64,000 nucleotides of DNA from Phyllobates terribilis (Eukaryota), in assembly GCF_046119375.1 (NCBI RefSeq), contig NW_027362762.1:642506001-642570000 (forward strand), written 5' to 3'. This document shows positions 34,695 to 47,426 of this stretch, piece by piece (within the stretch, counting starts at the first letter, position 1; the number at the start of each line of letters is the position of its first letter). The notes under the pieces are model-generated. The model worked only from the letters and a program-made list of their open reading frames with translations, ran no database searches and was not told the DNA's origin. Both the position numbers and the translations under genes were made by a program.

Positions 34695-35756
34695 ATGTTC
34701 GAGGAACAGCACGACGCCGGAATACCGGTTAACGGCCCTGATGTACAACCCGCGCCCGACGCCGGGCAGGCCAAGGCGGCCGCTCCACCGGCAGCGCCTG
34801 TAACTCCTGTCATCCCCATAACTCTACCGTACATTCCTGGAGCAAAGTGGCTCCCCCAGTACAACGGCAAACCAGATACCCTGTCTGGATTCAAACGGAA
34901 GATATGCGGTATCTTGGACATGTACTCTATGACAGGCAAGTCGAGGGCTGCTGTTGTATTAGGACAACTGACTGGTGCTGGGGAATGGGAAGTGGAAACA
35001 TGGTCGGCCGCAGACCAGGAGTCAGTGTCCGCAATCTTTAAAAAGCTACAGACTGTTTTTGAGGATCATACTGAGGCAGACCTCCGGATGAAGTTCTACA
35101 ACTGTTCCCAACAGCCGGAGGACAATGTTTGGGACTATGCCTGGTGTCTACAAGGGGCCCTGCGGGCTCTGAAACAGGTTAGTCCGACCAGCATCGAAAA
35201 TGAAAACAAAATGCTGAAGGAACAGTTTGTCCGGGGACTGAGGTCTCCAGAGGAGAGCAGGACTGTGCGTTGGTGGTCATTAGATCATCCAGATGCTACC
35301 TTTGACAATCTTAAGGACATGGCTATAAAAGGACTGCAGCCCCTGGAAACAAATGCCATCCAATGTTACCAGGGTGGGGCTACCCCAGTGCCTGTTACAC
35401 TCACCTTTTCCCCAGTGGCTGCTGAAGCCAAGGTTCCAGCAACATCCCCTAGAGAGCTGGACAGTCTGCGCTCTGAAGTGCGCCAGTTGAGCAAAACCCT
35501 GACCACTGTGATGAGTGCTCTGCAGCTGCAGACGGAGCCCGAGGAAGGAGGGAAAATCCTGTTAGCCGATAACCCTGAGGATGTCCTCTGGGTGCGAAGG
35601 AGGAGGAGGACAACACTACCCTCTACGAGGATCAGTGACCAGCGCCGTCCACAGAAGGACCCTACCTGCTACCACTGCCGCAAGACCGGACACACCGCCC
35701 AGAATTGTCCTTTAAACGAGAAAACTCTGGGGCCAAGGGCCGACACCCAGGAGTAA
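34695..35756 (+). CDS. Gypsy Gag (353 aa, PNMA-like capsid region, CCHC zinc knuckle)
   Basis: Open ORF with F...Q...E...DYA..LQ..L and CYHCRKTGHTAQNC. Slippery site T TTA AAC at 35711-35717. Confidence 0.9.
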   Translation: MFEEQHDAGIPVNGPDVQPAPDAGQAKAAAPPAAPVTPVIPITLPYIPGAKWLPQYNGKPDTLSGFKRKICGILDMYSMTGKSRAAVVLGQLTGAGEWEVETWSAADQESVSAIFKKLQTVFEDHTEADLRMKFYNCSQQPEDNVWDYAWCLQGALRALKQVSPTSIENENKMLKEQFVRGLRSPEESRTVRWWSLDHPDATFDNLKDMAIKGLQPLETNAIQCYQGGATPVPVTLTFSPVAAEAKVPATSPRELDSLRSEVRQLSKTLTTVMSALQLQTEPEEGGKILLADNPEDVLWVRRRRRTTLPSTRISDQRRPQKDPTCYHCRKTGHTAQNCPLNEKTLGPRADTQE

Positions 35757-38700
35757 ATTCCCCAGGCCCATCAGACTGGTACAACAGGTTCATCGGAGGA
35801 AGACCTTTCCTGTCCATTGTGCTGGACAGCATCCTGACGCACGCTCTGCTGGACACAGGATCTCAGGTAACTGACGCGCCCCCTGGGCCTGTGCTGTGCA
35901 GGGGAACCCGGAACCGGGCCTGTTGTAGGATGCTGGGGGTTGTAGTCTCCGTGTGGCGGTGACCCGGTCCGTGCCCAGGGTGGTCAAACCAGTGGCAGTC
36001 TATTTGTATTGTAACAAGTGTCCGACTACGCCACCCGTGGATTGCGGTCAGTGGGGACCGCCGCTGCGCTGCAGACCGCTGAGGCTGATGTTGTTTGCGC
36101 AGCTGAGTATGGGATGACTCCCCACGGGAGAAGTATTGCCTCAGGGCAGCTAATGTGGATGATGGTGGTGATGGTGTGAGTGTCCCAGTACTGATGGTTC
36201 TGGTGCGGCGAGGAACCACAGAGACGTGCAGTTGCAGTTTTCAATGCTTTACTCACAGTTCTTTATCAGGTCACTTGTGCGCAGTTAGGACCGCCCGAGT
36301 CATGCTGCGTCCACCAGGTGAGGGACTCGGTCAACTCCCAGGCAATTCCGGAGTGTGGTTCAGAGCTCCCTTCTCTTTCCTTTCTCTGGCCGTCCCCACC
36401 AGTGACCCACCTTTGTCCAGCTTCCTCGGGCCTTCTGTTGGCGAAACCTCTCTCCGGTTTCCCTGACCCTATACGGTATGCCTTTCTGGTGGATGTAGTG
36501 AGGGGTCGCACCAAGATGTGGTAACAACCTCCGGTCTTTGGCTGAGGAATCTGTTGCCTCCACCAATTTGGGTTCCAGTACCCTGTTCTGCCAACCCTTC
36601 ACCCTGTATCTCCTCTGGGCATATGGGGTTCCTTCTGTCCTCGTGTCTCTGGGCCTTTCTCTGTGTTCCTTGCTTCCTTTCTCCTCTGTTCCAGTTCCTT
36701 TCCTACTTTCCTTTCTGTTCCTTCTCCTTTCTCTCTCTCTCAGGCTCCAGCCTCCTGACAAGGCCTGCCTGCGGAGCAGAGCCCATGCAGGGGCTCTGCT
36801 TCCTGTCTTCTCCTCTCACTCTTAGCTTCTTCTCTGCACTGCACTGACTACTGTCTTAAGATGGTGCCCACCTTATATACCTCCTTCTAACACCCGAGCC
36901 CAGGTGACTAGCAACCAATGGGCTCCTGCCTATGCCCAGAGACCCACCCCTATCTGCTCCTACACCACTGGGTTTTCCTTTCCCCGCCCCACTTCAGCCA
37001 GGGACAGAAGCTGTCGTGCCTGCACTTCTGTGGGAGCACCGTTGAGCTGTCCCTCGGAAATGGGGTGTGTGTGGTGCATGCAGCTAAACGAGTCCTGGTC
37101 CACACTCCATCCTTACCCGGGAGTGGAATATCACACCTCTGGTCTGAGGTGCAATACCCCTGTAGCAGCCGAGCCCTCGGGGTGCTACATAACCATAATG
37201 CCTGATGTCCTCTACAAGAGGTTCTGGTCCATGGACGACCTAAGTCCACCAGCTCTAAATCTTTCTGTTTATGCCTCAAATGGACTCCCCCTTAACTTAA
37301 TTGGGGTTAAGAATGTGACAGTAAAGGTGGGGAGAGTGGAGCTAAAGGACCAGGGACTAATTGTAGTAGAGACTAATCCTGATGATACCAATCCGTATAT
37401 GGTGTTAGGCACTAACATTGTTGGTAACTGTTTGGGAGAAGTTGTGTTCTTGCTCCAACAGATAGCTGACACTGCCAGACTAGGACAGAGGAGGGTGCTG
37501 CAGAAGGAGATCCGAGTCCTGATGTACCAACAGCAAGTAAGGTTAACAGATGGTGAAATCGGTAATGTGCGGGTGACGGACCCCATACCCATTGTGATCC
37601 CCCCAATGAGTGAAATGCTTATCTGGTGTAGAGCCGCCATAGGTCTTAGAGGACAGAGCTACCAAGCGGTAGTAGAACCCCTTTGCTCCGAGCACAGATC
37701 CACGCTCTTAACCGCCAGAGGAGTGGTAGATGTATGCAATGGGAGGGTGCCCGTCCGTCTTCTCAACTGGGGGGAATATGAGGTCAGATTGCCACGTTAT
37801 GCCACTGTTGCCAAATTACATGCTGTAAATAACAACTGGATTCACAAGGCGGAGTCATTAACCTCACCAGAAGAAGTGGAGGATGATGACCCTGCAACCC
37901 AGGTGGAGGATTGGTGTCAACAGCTCCATGTTGGGACAGACACCACTCCTGCCCATCAGAAACAGGGTGTACACCGGGTGGTTCAAGAATACGCGCAGGT
38001 GTTCAGTAAACATCCACTTGACTTCGGGAGGATTAAGGGGGTTCAACACCATATCCCCACAGGTGACCATCCACCCATCAAAGAACGTTACAGGCCTATA
38101 CCACCAGCACACTACCAGTAGGCTAAGGAAATGTTGCACGACATGAGAAAGGCGGGGGTAGTAAGGGATAGTTGTAGTCCCTGGGCAGCTCCCCTAGTGC
38201 TAGTTAGGAAAAAGGACGGGAGCATGAGAATGTGTGTAGATTACCGACAAGTAAATCGCATTACACATAAAGATGCATACCCTTTACCACACATAGAGGA
38301 GTCCCTAGCTGCCTTAAAGTCTGCAAATTACTTTTCCACCCTTGACCTCACTAGTGAGTACTGGCAAGTAGCTGTGGCTGAGGAGGATCGGGAGAAGACG
38401 GCCTTCACTATCCCGATGGGACTCTGCGAGTTCAACAGTATGCCGTTTGGACTCTGCAATGCCCCTGAAACGTTCCAGAGATTTATGGAGTGCTGCCTGG
38501 GACACCGCAACTTCGAGACTGTGTTACTATACCTGGATGACGTGATAGTGTACTTCAAAACGTATGAGGACCACTTGAAGCACCTGGCAGAGGTATTTGA
38601 GTCACTGTCCCGGTACAGGATGAAGTTGAAGCCCTCAAAGTGCCACCTGCTTAAGAGAAAGGTACAGTACCTGGGGCACATTGTCAGTCCGGAAGGGGTA

Positions 38701-41137
38701 GCACGAGACCCGGAGAGGGTCACCGCCATCCAGAAGTGGCTGGAGCCGAAGAACCTCAAGGAGGTGTGTCAGTTCTTGGGACTAGTAGGATACTACCGGA
38801 GGTTTGTAAAAGACTACACCAAGAAAGCTGCTCCTCTGCAAGACCTCCTTTTAGGGCAGTCCCCCAAAGGCAGAAATCCCCCATTCCACTGGGGTAAGGA
38901 GCAAGCCGAGTTGTTTCAGGAGATGAAGGAGATCCTGACAGGTGATGAGATCCTAGCCTACCCTGACTACAGCCAACCGTTCCTGCTGTATACTGATGCC
39001 AGCAACGAAGGACTGGGAGCTGTCCTAAGTCAGAAGCAAAATGGCCAAGAGAAAGTGATCGCATATGCAAGCAGGAAGCTCCGCCCGAACGAGAGGAACC
39101 CAGAGAACTATAGCAGCTTCAAGTTGGAGTTCCTGGCCCTGGTCTGGGCCATCACTGAAAGGTTCAAGCACTATCTAGCCTCCAGTAAGTTCACTGCCTT
39201 CACTGATAACAACCCCTTGACCCATCTTGAAAAAGCTAAGCTAGGAGCACTGGAACAACGATGGATGGCTCGGCTGTCAAATTATCAATTCACAATTAAA
39301 TACCGGGCGGGCCGCAAGAACGCCAACGCCGATGCCCTGTCTAGGATGCCTCACCAGTCAGACACAGAAGAAGAAGTGGATGACCTGAAAGAGATTGAGC
39401 TACCTGCCTTTCACCGGAATGTGATGATCCATGAGCAACGAGCCTCCAGGAGGCAGCGTGGAAAGACGTTAAAACCCCTGCCTCACCACAGCTGGAAAGA
39501 GACCCAGGACAGTGACCCAGTTGTCATCCGCATCAAGGAGCTGATAACCCAAGAAGGTTCCTCCCTGGAAAAAGAAGCGTCTCTGCAAGCAAAGCAGCTG
39601 TGGAACGAGAGAAGCCGGCTGTTTATCTACTGTGAGAAGCTGTGCCGGAGGTACGTCAATCCAAAAACCCATGAGATGGTATGGCAGATAGTGGTCCCCA
39701 AGACGGACATCCAAATGGTGTTGGAGGCTTACCACGATCAGGCGGGGCACTTCGGCTGGAAAAAGCTAGAGACCCTGCTGAAGTGTCGATTCTACTGGGT
39801 AGGAATGCGCAGCTCCATTGAGCGATGGTGCCGGGACTGTGGACCCTGTGGACTTAGAAGAAAAGACTACAGCAGCCAGAAGGCACCCCTGCAACCCATC
39901 AAGATAACTCGACCCCTGGAGATCGTGACCCTGGACCATGTCAAGCTGTCCCTCGGCAGGTCAGGGTACTCTTATGCTCTGACCATGGTGGATCACTACT
40001 CACGTTTCCTTGTGGTCGCCCCGTCAAAGACCTGATGGCAGAAACAGCAGCAAAGACGTTCCAAGCGTATTTCTGTAGACCCCATGGTTATCCTGAGCAG
40101 GAGCTGACGGATCAAGGCCCGGCCTTTGAGGCTGAGTTGTTCAAGGAGTTCTGCCATCTATACGGGTGTAAGAAGATAAGAACTACACCGTACCACCCAC
40201 AAACCAATGGTCTCTGTGAGAAGATGAATAACATCATCATCGACCTGCTAAAGACCATACCACTTGAGGAGAGAAACCAATGGCCAGACCTACTACCTGA
40301 CCTAGTAGATCTGTACAATCACATACCAGTAAGTTCCACCAACTGTACTCCAGCATATCTCATGCGGGCAAGGCCAGGAAAGCTGCCCATGGACCTGGAG
40401 CTTGGTGTTGTAGAACCAGAAGCGGATGTGACCACTGAGGACTGGGACACGGCCAGACAGGAGCAGTACAGAAGAGTACAAGCCTGTGTTGAAGACAGTC
40501 TCACTCAGGTGAGGGATAAGCAGGAAGCTCAATACAACAGAGGTGCCCAAGCAGAGCCTTTCACACCTGGTGAAGTAGTACTAAAAAGGAAAAGAAGGAA
40601 CAACAAACTTGATGACCAGTGGGAGAGAGAACCCTACACTGTGTTGAATTCAAGATTTGATAATAAGAAGACCTGCATAATTAGTAAAGACGGAGGAAGG
40701 ACGACTGCAACAGTATCCAGGGATCACCTAAAGTTGTGTCCAGACCTGCTAAAGCCTCAAGAAGAGGTGCCTCTCACTGTACCGGAGGAGCCTAAAGAAG
40801 CAGTAATACACACTGACTTAGGAGATTTCCCGGCAGATTGGCCCCAACTAGGAGGAGCAGTAATCATCCCTGTAATTACCGTCTACCCACAGCAAGAAGA
40901 GCCTGTAAGTGCTGAAGAGGAGCCAGCTCAAGAAGAATCCCCGGATGAAGGATCCCCGGTAGGAGAGGAGCAAGAAGGCCCAGCCAATGATGAACTTGTC
41001 AGTCCTGTAGAGAGGTCAATGCAGCCTTGTAGCCCCTCCACACCTAGTACTGACACATTGGGAGGTAGAGCATCTACTAGTGCCTCACGCATCCTAGTTT
41101 TGCACAGATCAACGCATACCACGCGAGGTCAACCCCC
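35711..41137 (+). pseudogene. Gypsy Pol (protease-RT-RNase H-integrase), disrupted
   Basis: LLDTGSQVT|IM split by a solo LTR. Stop at 38119-38121. RT SPWAAPLVLVRKKDGSMRMCVDYR and YLDD. RH LYTDAS..YSSFKLEFLA. INT H-H-C-C, DHVKL, TDQGPAFE, QTNGLCE. Frameshift at ~40025. Confidence 0.93.
35872..37189 (-). mobile_element. Solo LTR (1318 bp) inserted in the Gypsy protease gene
   Basis: TG...CA ends and 4-bp TSD TAAC (35868-35871, 37190-37193). Removing it restores DTGSQVTIMPDVLYKRFW. TATATAA on the minus strand at ~36875 gives orientation. Confidence 0.9.
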
Positions 41138-42764
41138 TGGACAGAGACAACATTTTTCTAATTTTGGTTTTAGACATTACCACAATGAATTTTAAACAAA
41201 ACAATTCAGATGCAGTTGAAGTTCAGACTTTTAGCTTTCATTTGAGGGTATACACGTTAAAATTGGATGAAGGGTTTAGGAGTTTCAGCTCCTTAACATG
41301 TGCCACCCTGTTTTTAAAGGGACCAAAAGTAATTGGACAAATTAAATAATTGTAAATAAAATGTTCATTTCTAGTACTTGGTTGAAAACCCTTTGTTGGC
41401 AATGACTGCCTGAAGTCTTGAACTCATGGACATCACCAGATGCTGTGTTTCCTCCTTTTTGATGCTCTGCCAGGCCTTCACTGCGGTGGTTTTCAGATGC
41501 TATTTGTTTGTGGGCCTTTCTGTCTGAAGTTTACTCTTTAACAAGTGAAATGCATGCTCAATTGGGTTGAGATCAGGTGACTGACTTGGCCATTCAAGAA
41601 TATTCCACTTCTTTGCTTTAATAAACTCCTGGGTTGCTTTGGCTTTATGTTTTGGGTCATTGTCCATCTGTAGTATGAAACGACGACCAATCAGTTTGGC
41701 TGCATTTGGCTGGATCTGAGCACACAGTATGGCTCTGAATACATCAGAATTCATTTGGCTGCTTCTGTCCTGGGTCATATTATCAATAAACACTAGTGAT
41801 CCATGCCACTGGCAGCCATGCATTCCCAAGCCATCACACTGCCTCCGCCGTGTTTTACAGATGACGTGGTATGCTTTGGATCATGAGCTGTACCACGCCT
41901 TCGCCATACTTTTCTCTTTCCATCATTCTGGTAGAGGTTGATCTTGGTTTCATCTGTCCAAAGAATGTTCTTCCAGAACTGTGCTGGCTTTTTTAGATGT
42001 TTTTTAGCAAAGTCCAGTCTAGCCTTTTTAGTCTTGATGCTTATGAGTGGCTTGCACCGTGCAGTGAACCCTCTGTATTTACTTTCATACAGTCTTCTCT
42101 TTATGGTAGATTTGGATATTGATACGCCTACCTCCTGGAGAGTGTTGTTCACTTGGTTGGCTGTTGTGAAGGGATTTCTCTTCACCATGGAGATTATTCT
42201 GCAATCATCCACCACTGTTGTCTTCCGTGGGCGCCCAGGTCTTTTTGCATTGATGAGTTCACCAGTGATTTCTTTCTTTCTCAGGATGTACCAAACTGTA
42301 GATTTTGCCACTCCTAATATTGTAGCAATTTCTCGGATGGGTTTTTTCTGTTTTTGCAGCTTAAGGATGGCTTGTTTCACCTGCATGGAGAGCTACTTTG
42401 ACCGCATGTTTACTTCACAGTAAAACCTTCCAAATGCAAGCACCACACCTCAAATCAACTCCAGGCCTTTTATCTGGTTAATTGAGAATGACATAACGAA
42501 GGGATTGCCCACACCTGTCCATGAAATAGCCTTAGAGTCAATTGTCTAATTACTTTTGGTCCCTTTAAAAACAGGGTGGCGCATGTTAAGGAGCTGAAAC
42601 TCCTAAACCCTTCATCCAATTTTAATGTGGATACCCTCAAATGAAAGCTGAAAGTCTGAACTTCAACTGCATCTGAATTGTTTTGTTTAAAATTCATTGT
42701 GGTGATGTCTAGAACCAAAATTAGAAAAATGTTGTCTCTGTCCAAATATATATGGACCTAACTG
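41138..42764 (-). mobile_element. Tc1-like transposon (DD34E) with ~200-bp TIRs; outer ~20 bp of the left TIR missing
   Basis: 41138-~41345 is the reverse complement of ~42540-42743. Right end ...GGACCTAACTG followed by TA. Confidence 0.93.
41371..42407 (-). pseudogene. Tc1 transposase with two premature stops and one frameshift
   Basis: MRSK*LSMQVKQAILKL..GRPRKTT..ILWTDETKINL..TVKH-like SVKHGGGSVMAW; [21 protein letters not shown] (34 residues between D and E); ends FSTKY*. Confidence 0.92.
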
Positions 42765-43362
42765 TATACTGTGTAAGATAGCTAAACGCTGACGAGTGTA
42801 GATAGTTACCCCTGGGGTATTATATAGCATTGAATTAAACTGTATTTCTGTGTGTTTTCGTGCATATGTATATTATTTTGTGCTTTGCTTTATTACTGAA
42901 CAGTTCAAGTTATATGGACACTTTGCCTAATGACTTCCTTATTTATCTAAGAACTCCGTGGCTGAGGACTGTGTGCAGCCCAAAAACTATTCATTGTATA
43001 TAATTGCGCTTCCTGGAGTGCCCCTTTAGGTGACCTCAGAAGAAAAACCTGTCTGGAGTGGCTCTACTGGATGTCCAACTCAGGATCTTCATGCCCTGCA
43101 GCCACCCCAGGGCCTACGTTGAGGGTTTGGGACAGGTCCCTCAAACCACCAAGTACTCTACCCTGTGAGATGGACATCCTGTCTGGGAACCTCACCATGA
43201 GAGACTTGAATTCTGAGGACGCTTTGTACCTGTTTATGTTATTATGCAACGTTTAAAAAATGTGCCTCCCATAAAGGGAAGAGTTATTGCATTGTTAATG
43301 TTTACTATTGTTGTTTTAAAATGTACTTCAGCCCGGGAGTTCTGAGCTTTGCTAGGGGGGAA

Positions 43363-44464
43363 TGTGGCGCCCAGCTGCGCTTGGTACCACAGATCCTAGA
43401 AAGGTGTATTGATGGAATCTTCCACAAGAGGCCCCCATAAACATTCACACATCTCCACCTTCCACCTCAGACCAGCAGAGGGAGCCCGTTAGGGATATAA
43501 ATAGGGAAGGTGGAGCTAGGCAGTTTAGTTTAGTCTGGAGTGCACAGAGAGTGAGAAGCACGAGGGTTGCTGTGTAGGCATGCTAGGCCTCCAGTGGTCC
43601 TGAAGCCCAGTCTAGACTCAGGAGTTCAAGTAAGTGAGCCCAAGGTGTGCCAGCGCCATAAGATCGGTGAAGAGTTAGTGTGAGTAGCCTAGTGAGGGCC
43701 CGAGCATGGCCGAAGGCGAGTGGAAAGTGAGTAGCAGTGGGGGCAGAAGAGCTTACCCAGCTCACCCCGAAACATATACCGGACACCGGGTCCGAGCTTA
43801 CAAGGATCTCTACGACCCAGTAAGGCATAACCGGAATCCCTGGAGAACTACAGGTCCCAGGTTCACCAGAGAGCTGATACGTAACAGAGCCAGGAGACAC
43901 ATAGGCCCCGTAAGCTGGGAGCGTGCACTCCAAGAGAAGGCCCTACCGCAACGTCAGCCGGTGCAGGACAGAGATAAAGTTAGGCCTAGCTTCAGGCAGG
44001 TCAGAAACTTACTACGCGGAGGCAAGAAACAGGAGGCCCTACACCCGCTCATTGGGGAGGATCCTGATATGCACCCTTCACCCTACAGTGCTCTGGGACG
44101 TGCCTGAATTTCCATCAGTAAAAGGTACTGAAGTGACTATCGTGTCTGTCCCTGTTCTTGCTCTGACCCGGCTGGGTCTCGCCTGTCCTGCATCCCCTTC
44201 TCCGTACGCTACCCTGAGGCCTTGCTCCACCTGTTGGGAGCTATACCATTGAGCTGCCTTATCACCGGCCTCAGTGGACTGCCACAGTGCTGGTGATTCT
44301 CACCAGAAACCACAGGTGGCATCACGAACTTTCATAAACTTAACAAACAATCCCCTTTTAAAAGCTGACCCCAGGGTACGGGCCCGGGAGCGTTCCACCG
44401 CGACATCCCCAAGGCCAGGCAAAGACCCTGGTACCGAGTCGTCCCCATCCCCCTGGGCTAGTCA
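43363..44464 (+). repeat. 3' LTR of the Gypsy provirus (1102 bp)
   Basis: TGTGGCGCCC...CTAGTCA after the PPT. TATA-like GATATAAATA at ~43495. Confidence 0.9.
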
Positions 44465-45359
44465 TACTATGTATTAGAAATTAGTGAATCAATTGAACGC
44501 AAATCGAATTCATGTTGAATTTTTAAAAATTCACTGAACTTCAAATGCCGCCATATTACACATTGCAGAAGACATTCATCAGCCAGGATCACACGGAGGC
44601 TGCCGCGTGGGCGTCTCCATACCACATCACATGATACATACAGCATAGCCAAGCAATTAATATAGTCCTGTTTGAAAGCAGAAGCAGCGAATGCAGTAGC
44701 CATTTTGTGGTGAATCTGGATAGTGAGAGGACATCACAACTCATAGCTTAGCCATAGAGAGATGAAGAGAAATGCAAATACCTATAGGAAATTGTATAGA
44801 TACATGTTTCCCAACTTTTACAGAAGAGGGACGAACTATGTGACATGCACAAATTTTTAGATAAGCCATTAACCGCAAACCATAGCCACACCCATTTACC
44901 ATTTAGCTATATCCTGGCAGGAGGAGACATAGACCCAAATACAGGACTGTGCCTCTGTGTCTGGGACAGTTGGGACAAATGGATTTATTTTTTGTTCATT
45001 CATTCACATTTGTAGCAGTGATAACCAGGCTCAGGCTGGCCCACCTAGGGATCAGATAAACTCCCAGTAGGTCCCTGATTCTTGGTGAGCTCCATATTGT
45101 GGATACAGATAGTGCAACTGAGACCGAGGTTGAAGGGACCTGCCAGTATCAGCGCTAGTGTCAGCTAAATGTAAATCCTTAGATGCGCATTCAGCTGGCT
45201 CCTGCTTTGCAATACCTCTACACGCTGCCGGCCTATCATAGGCCAGAGTAAGGGAGTGACATCACAGACGGTATAGTAACATACCTGCATTGTTCCGCCT
45301 GCGACCTTCAGAGGAGGAGGAAGAAGTTGCCTGAAGCTTTTTTTTTAAAATATACTTGA

Positions 45360-46570
45360 TGAGGGCCGGAATGGATACAGTATACTATGTGGGGTGTTAG
45401 AACAGCACTGGCGCCCCTGCATGAGTCCCCTTCCTTCTCCCAGCAGGGACACCAGCGTGTTCACTTAACTACCCGCACTCCCATGGCGTCTGTTTCCTCC
45501 CAGGACCTGCGCATGGTACACAGGTCTCCTGGGAGTGTGCTTAGGGTTTGTGCACTCCCTGTCTCTTAAAGGGGCAGTGTGCACACGTCTGAAAACGTCC
45601 CCAGGCAATAGCTGGGAGATACCTAATATTGAAGGCACCCTCCCCTATTGGGAGGTGCCTTAGCAACTTTAGCTTTCAGTGTGCATCCTGCTACCTAGTT
45701 ATAAGGTCCCTATACCTGTGATCCCTGCCCTGGTCCTGTCCGTCCCATCGGCATCTGATCCTGTCCATCCTGTCTGTACTTGATCCTGTCCGTCCTGCTG
45801 TAACCTGCTTCTGAGTCCATCCTGCCGCTACCCAGACCTGAGCCTGATCCACCTTTATCACACCTTTATCGCTATCCTCAGCTGTCCAGTCTGAATCTGC
45901 AGCTGTGGTCCTGCACCGAAGTCCGCCCTGCGTTCCTGAACCTATCCTGTCTGTTCTTGATCCAGAACCTGTTCTATCTACCAGCCGTGCAGTTCTGATC
46001 CGGAACCTGTTCTGTCTAACGAGCCTCGCATCTTCCTGTTAACCAGTTCTGGGCCTGTTCTGCTTCCCTGCCCCTTTGGGGGTCAGCTGTTGCGGCTCCG
46101 GAGTCTGTCCTGGAGTGGCACCTGACTTCCACCTGGGTTCAAGTCTAACCACACCATCAGGGGCTCTGGTGAAGATCCAGGTGGTCGCTTAGTTACTCAC
46201 CTCTAAGCTCTCCCTAGACCGTGGCACAGTGGTTCTACAACCACGTGCGTAATATGGGGGCCAGAATAGGGATAATATACTATTTGGGGACTAGAATGGG
46301 AAGATATATGGGGACAAGAATGGAGACAATATACTATATGAGGGCCAAAATTTATTTCCGGTATTTATTTTACTCACATATATAATGCCATTAATTCCAC
46401 AACGCTTAACAAACATCATCGGAGACCATATACTATATGGAGGCCAGATTGAGGAAATATACTATATGTGGGCCAGAATGGTGACAATATAGTATATGGG
46501 GGCTGGAATGAGGACATTATGCTGCAAGCAGGCCGGAATGGGGACGTTGTACTATTTGGGGGTAAAAATG
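45360..46570. repeat. Degenerate ~30-bp minisatellite (GGGGCCAGAATGGGGACAATATACTATAT-like) split by a solo LTR
   Basis: Units visible at 45360-45394 and 46255-46570. Confidence 0.7.
45395..46254 (+). mobile_element. Solo LTR (860 bp), diverged relative of the 58937 LTR
   Basis: TGTTAG...CGTAATA ends and a perfect 5-bp TSD TGGGG (45390-45394, 46255-46259). Shares the TTAAAGGGG motif and the GGCACC..GGAGGTGCC hairpin with the 58937 LTR. Confidence 0.82.
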
Positions 46571-47426
46571 GAAACAATACAGTGGCACGGAAAACTTTGG
46601 GCACCCTTGGTCAAAATTACTGTTATCGTGCAGTTAAGCAAGTTGAAGATGAAATGGTGTCTAAAAGGGCTAAAGTTAAAGATGACACATTTCCTTTGTA
46701 TTTTAGGAAAAAATATATATTTTCATCTTTTACATTTTAAAAATTATAAAAAGGAAAAATGGGCCAATGCAAAATTTGGGCTCCCTGCATGATTAGTACC
46801 AAGTAGCACCCCCTTTTGAAAGCATCGCAGCTTTTTGTAGCCAGACAAGAGTCTTTCAATTCTTGTTTGAGGGATTTTCATCCATTGTTCCTTGGTAAAT
46901 TCTTCCAGTTCTGTGAGACTCCTGGGTCATCTTGCATGCACTGATATTTTGAGGTCTAGCCACAGATTTTCAATGTTGTTAAGATCAGGGGGACTGTGAT
47001 GGCCATTGTAAAACCTTCAGCTTGTGCCTTTTGAGGTAGTCTATCGTGGATTTTGATCATTATCCATTTGTAGAAGCCATCCTCTTTTCAACGTCAGCTT
47101 TTTTACAGATGGGGTTATGTTTGCATCAAGAATTTGTTGAAATTTCATTGAATCCATTCTTCCCTCTACCCGTGAAATGTTCCTTTTGGTAACGGCTACA
47201 ACACAACCCCAATACATGATTGATCCAACCCCATGCTTAATGGTTGGCGAAATGTTCTTTTCCTGAAATTCTGTGCCCTTTTTTCTACACATATACCTTT
47301 GATCATTATCATTGTGGCCAAAGAGTTCTATTTTAACCTCATCGTTCCACAGGACTTGCTTCCAAAATGCATCAGGCTTGTTTAGATGTTCTTTTGCATA
47401 GTTCTGACGCTGAATTTTATGGTGAG

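Larger units (their letters stand above)
34171..44464 (+). mobile_element. Ty3/Gypsy LTR retrotransposon provirus, disrupted (truncated 5' LTR, nested solo LTR and Tc1)
   Basis: 5' LTR remnant 34171-34307 matches 44328-44464. PBS, gag, PR-RT-RH-INT, PPT AGGGGGGAA (43354-43362), and a full 3' LTR. Confidence 0.95.

Noticed and set aside
36904-37189. N-terminal ~95 aa of the 405-aa ORF 36904-38121
   Set aside because: Derived from the inserted solo LTR. The real pol frame resumes at 37194.
45270-45345. Minus-strand ...ATGCAG|GTATGT donor suggesting an exon
   Set aside because: Within a MITE-like segment, with no acceptor or recognisable peptide.
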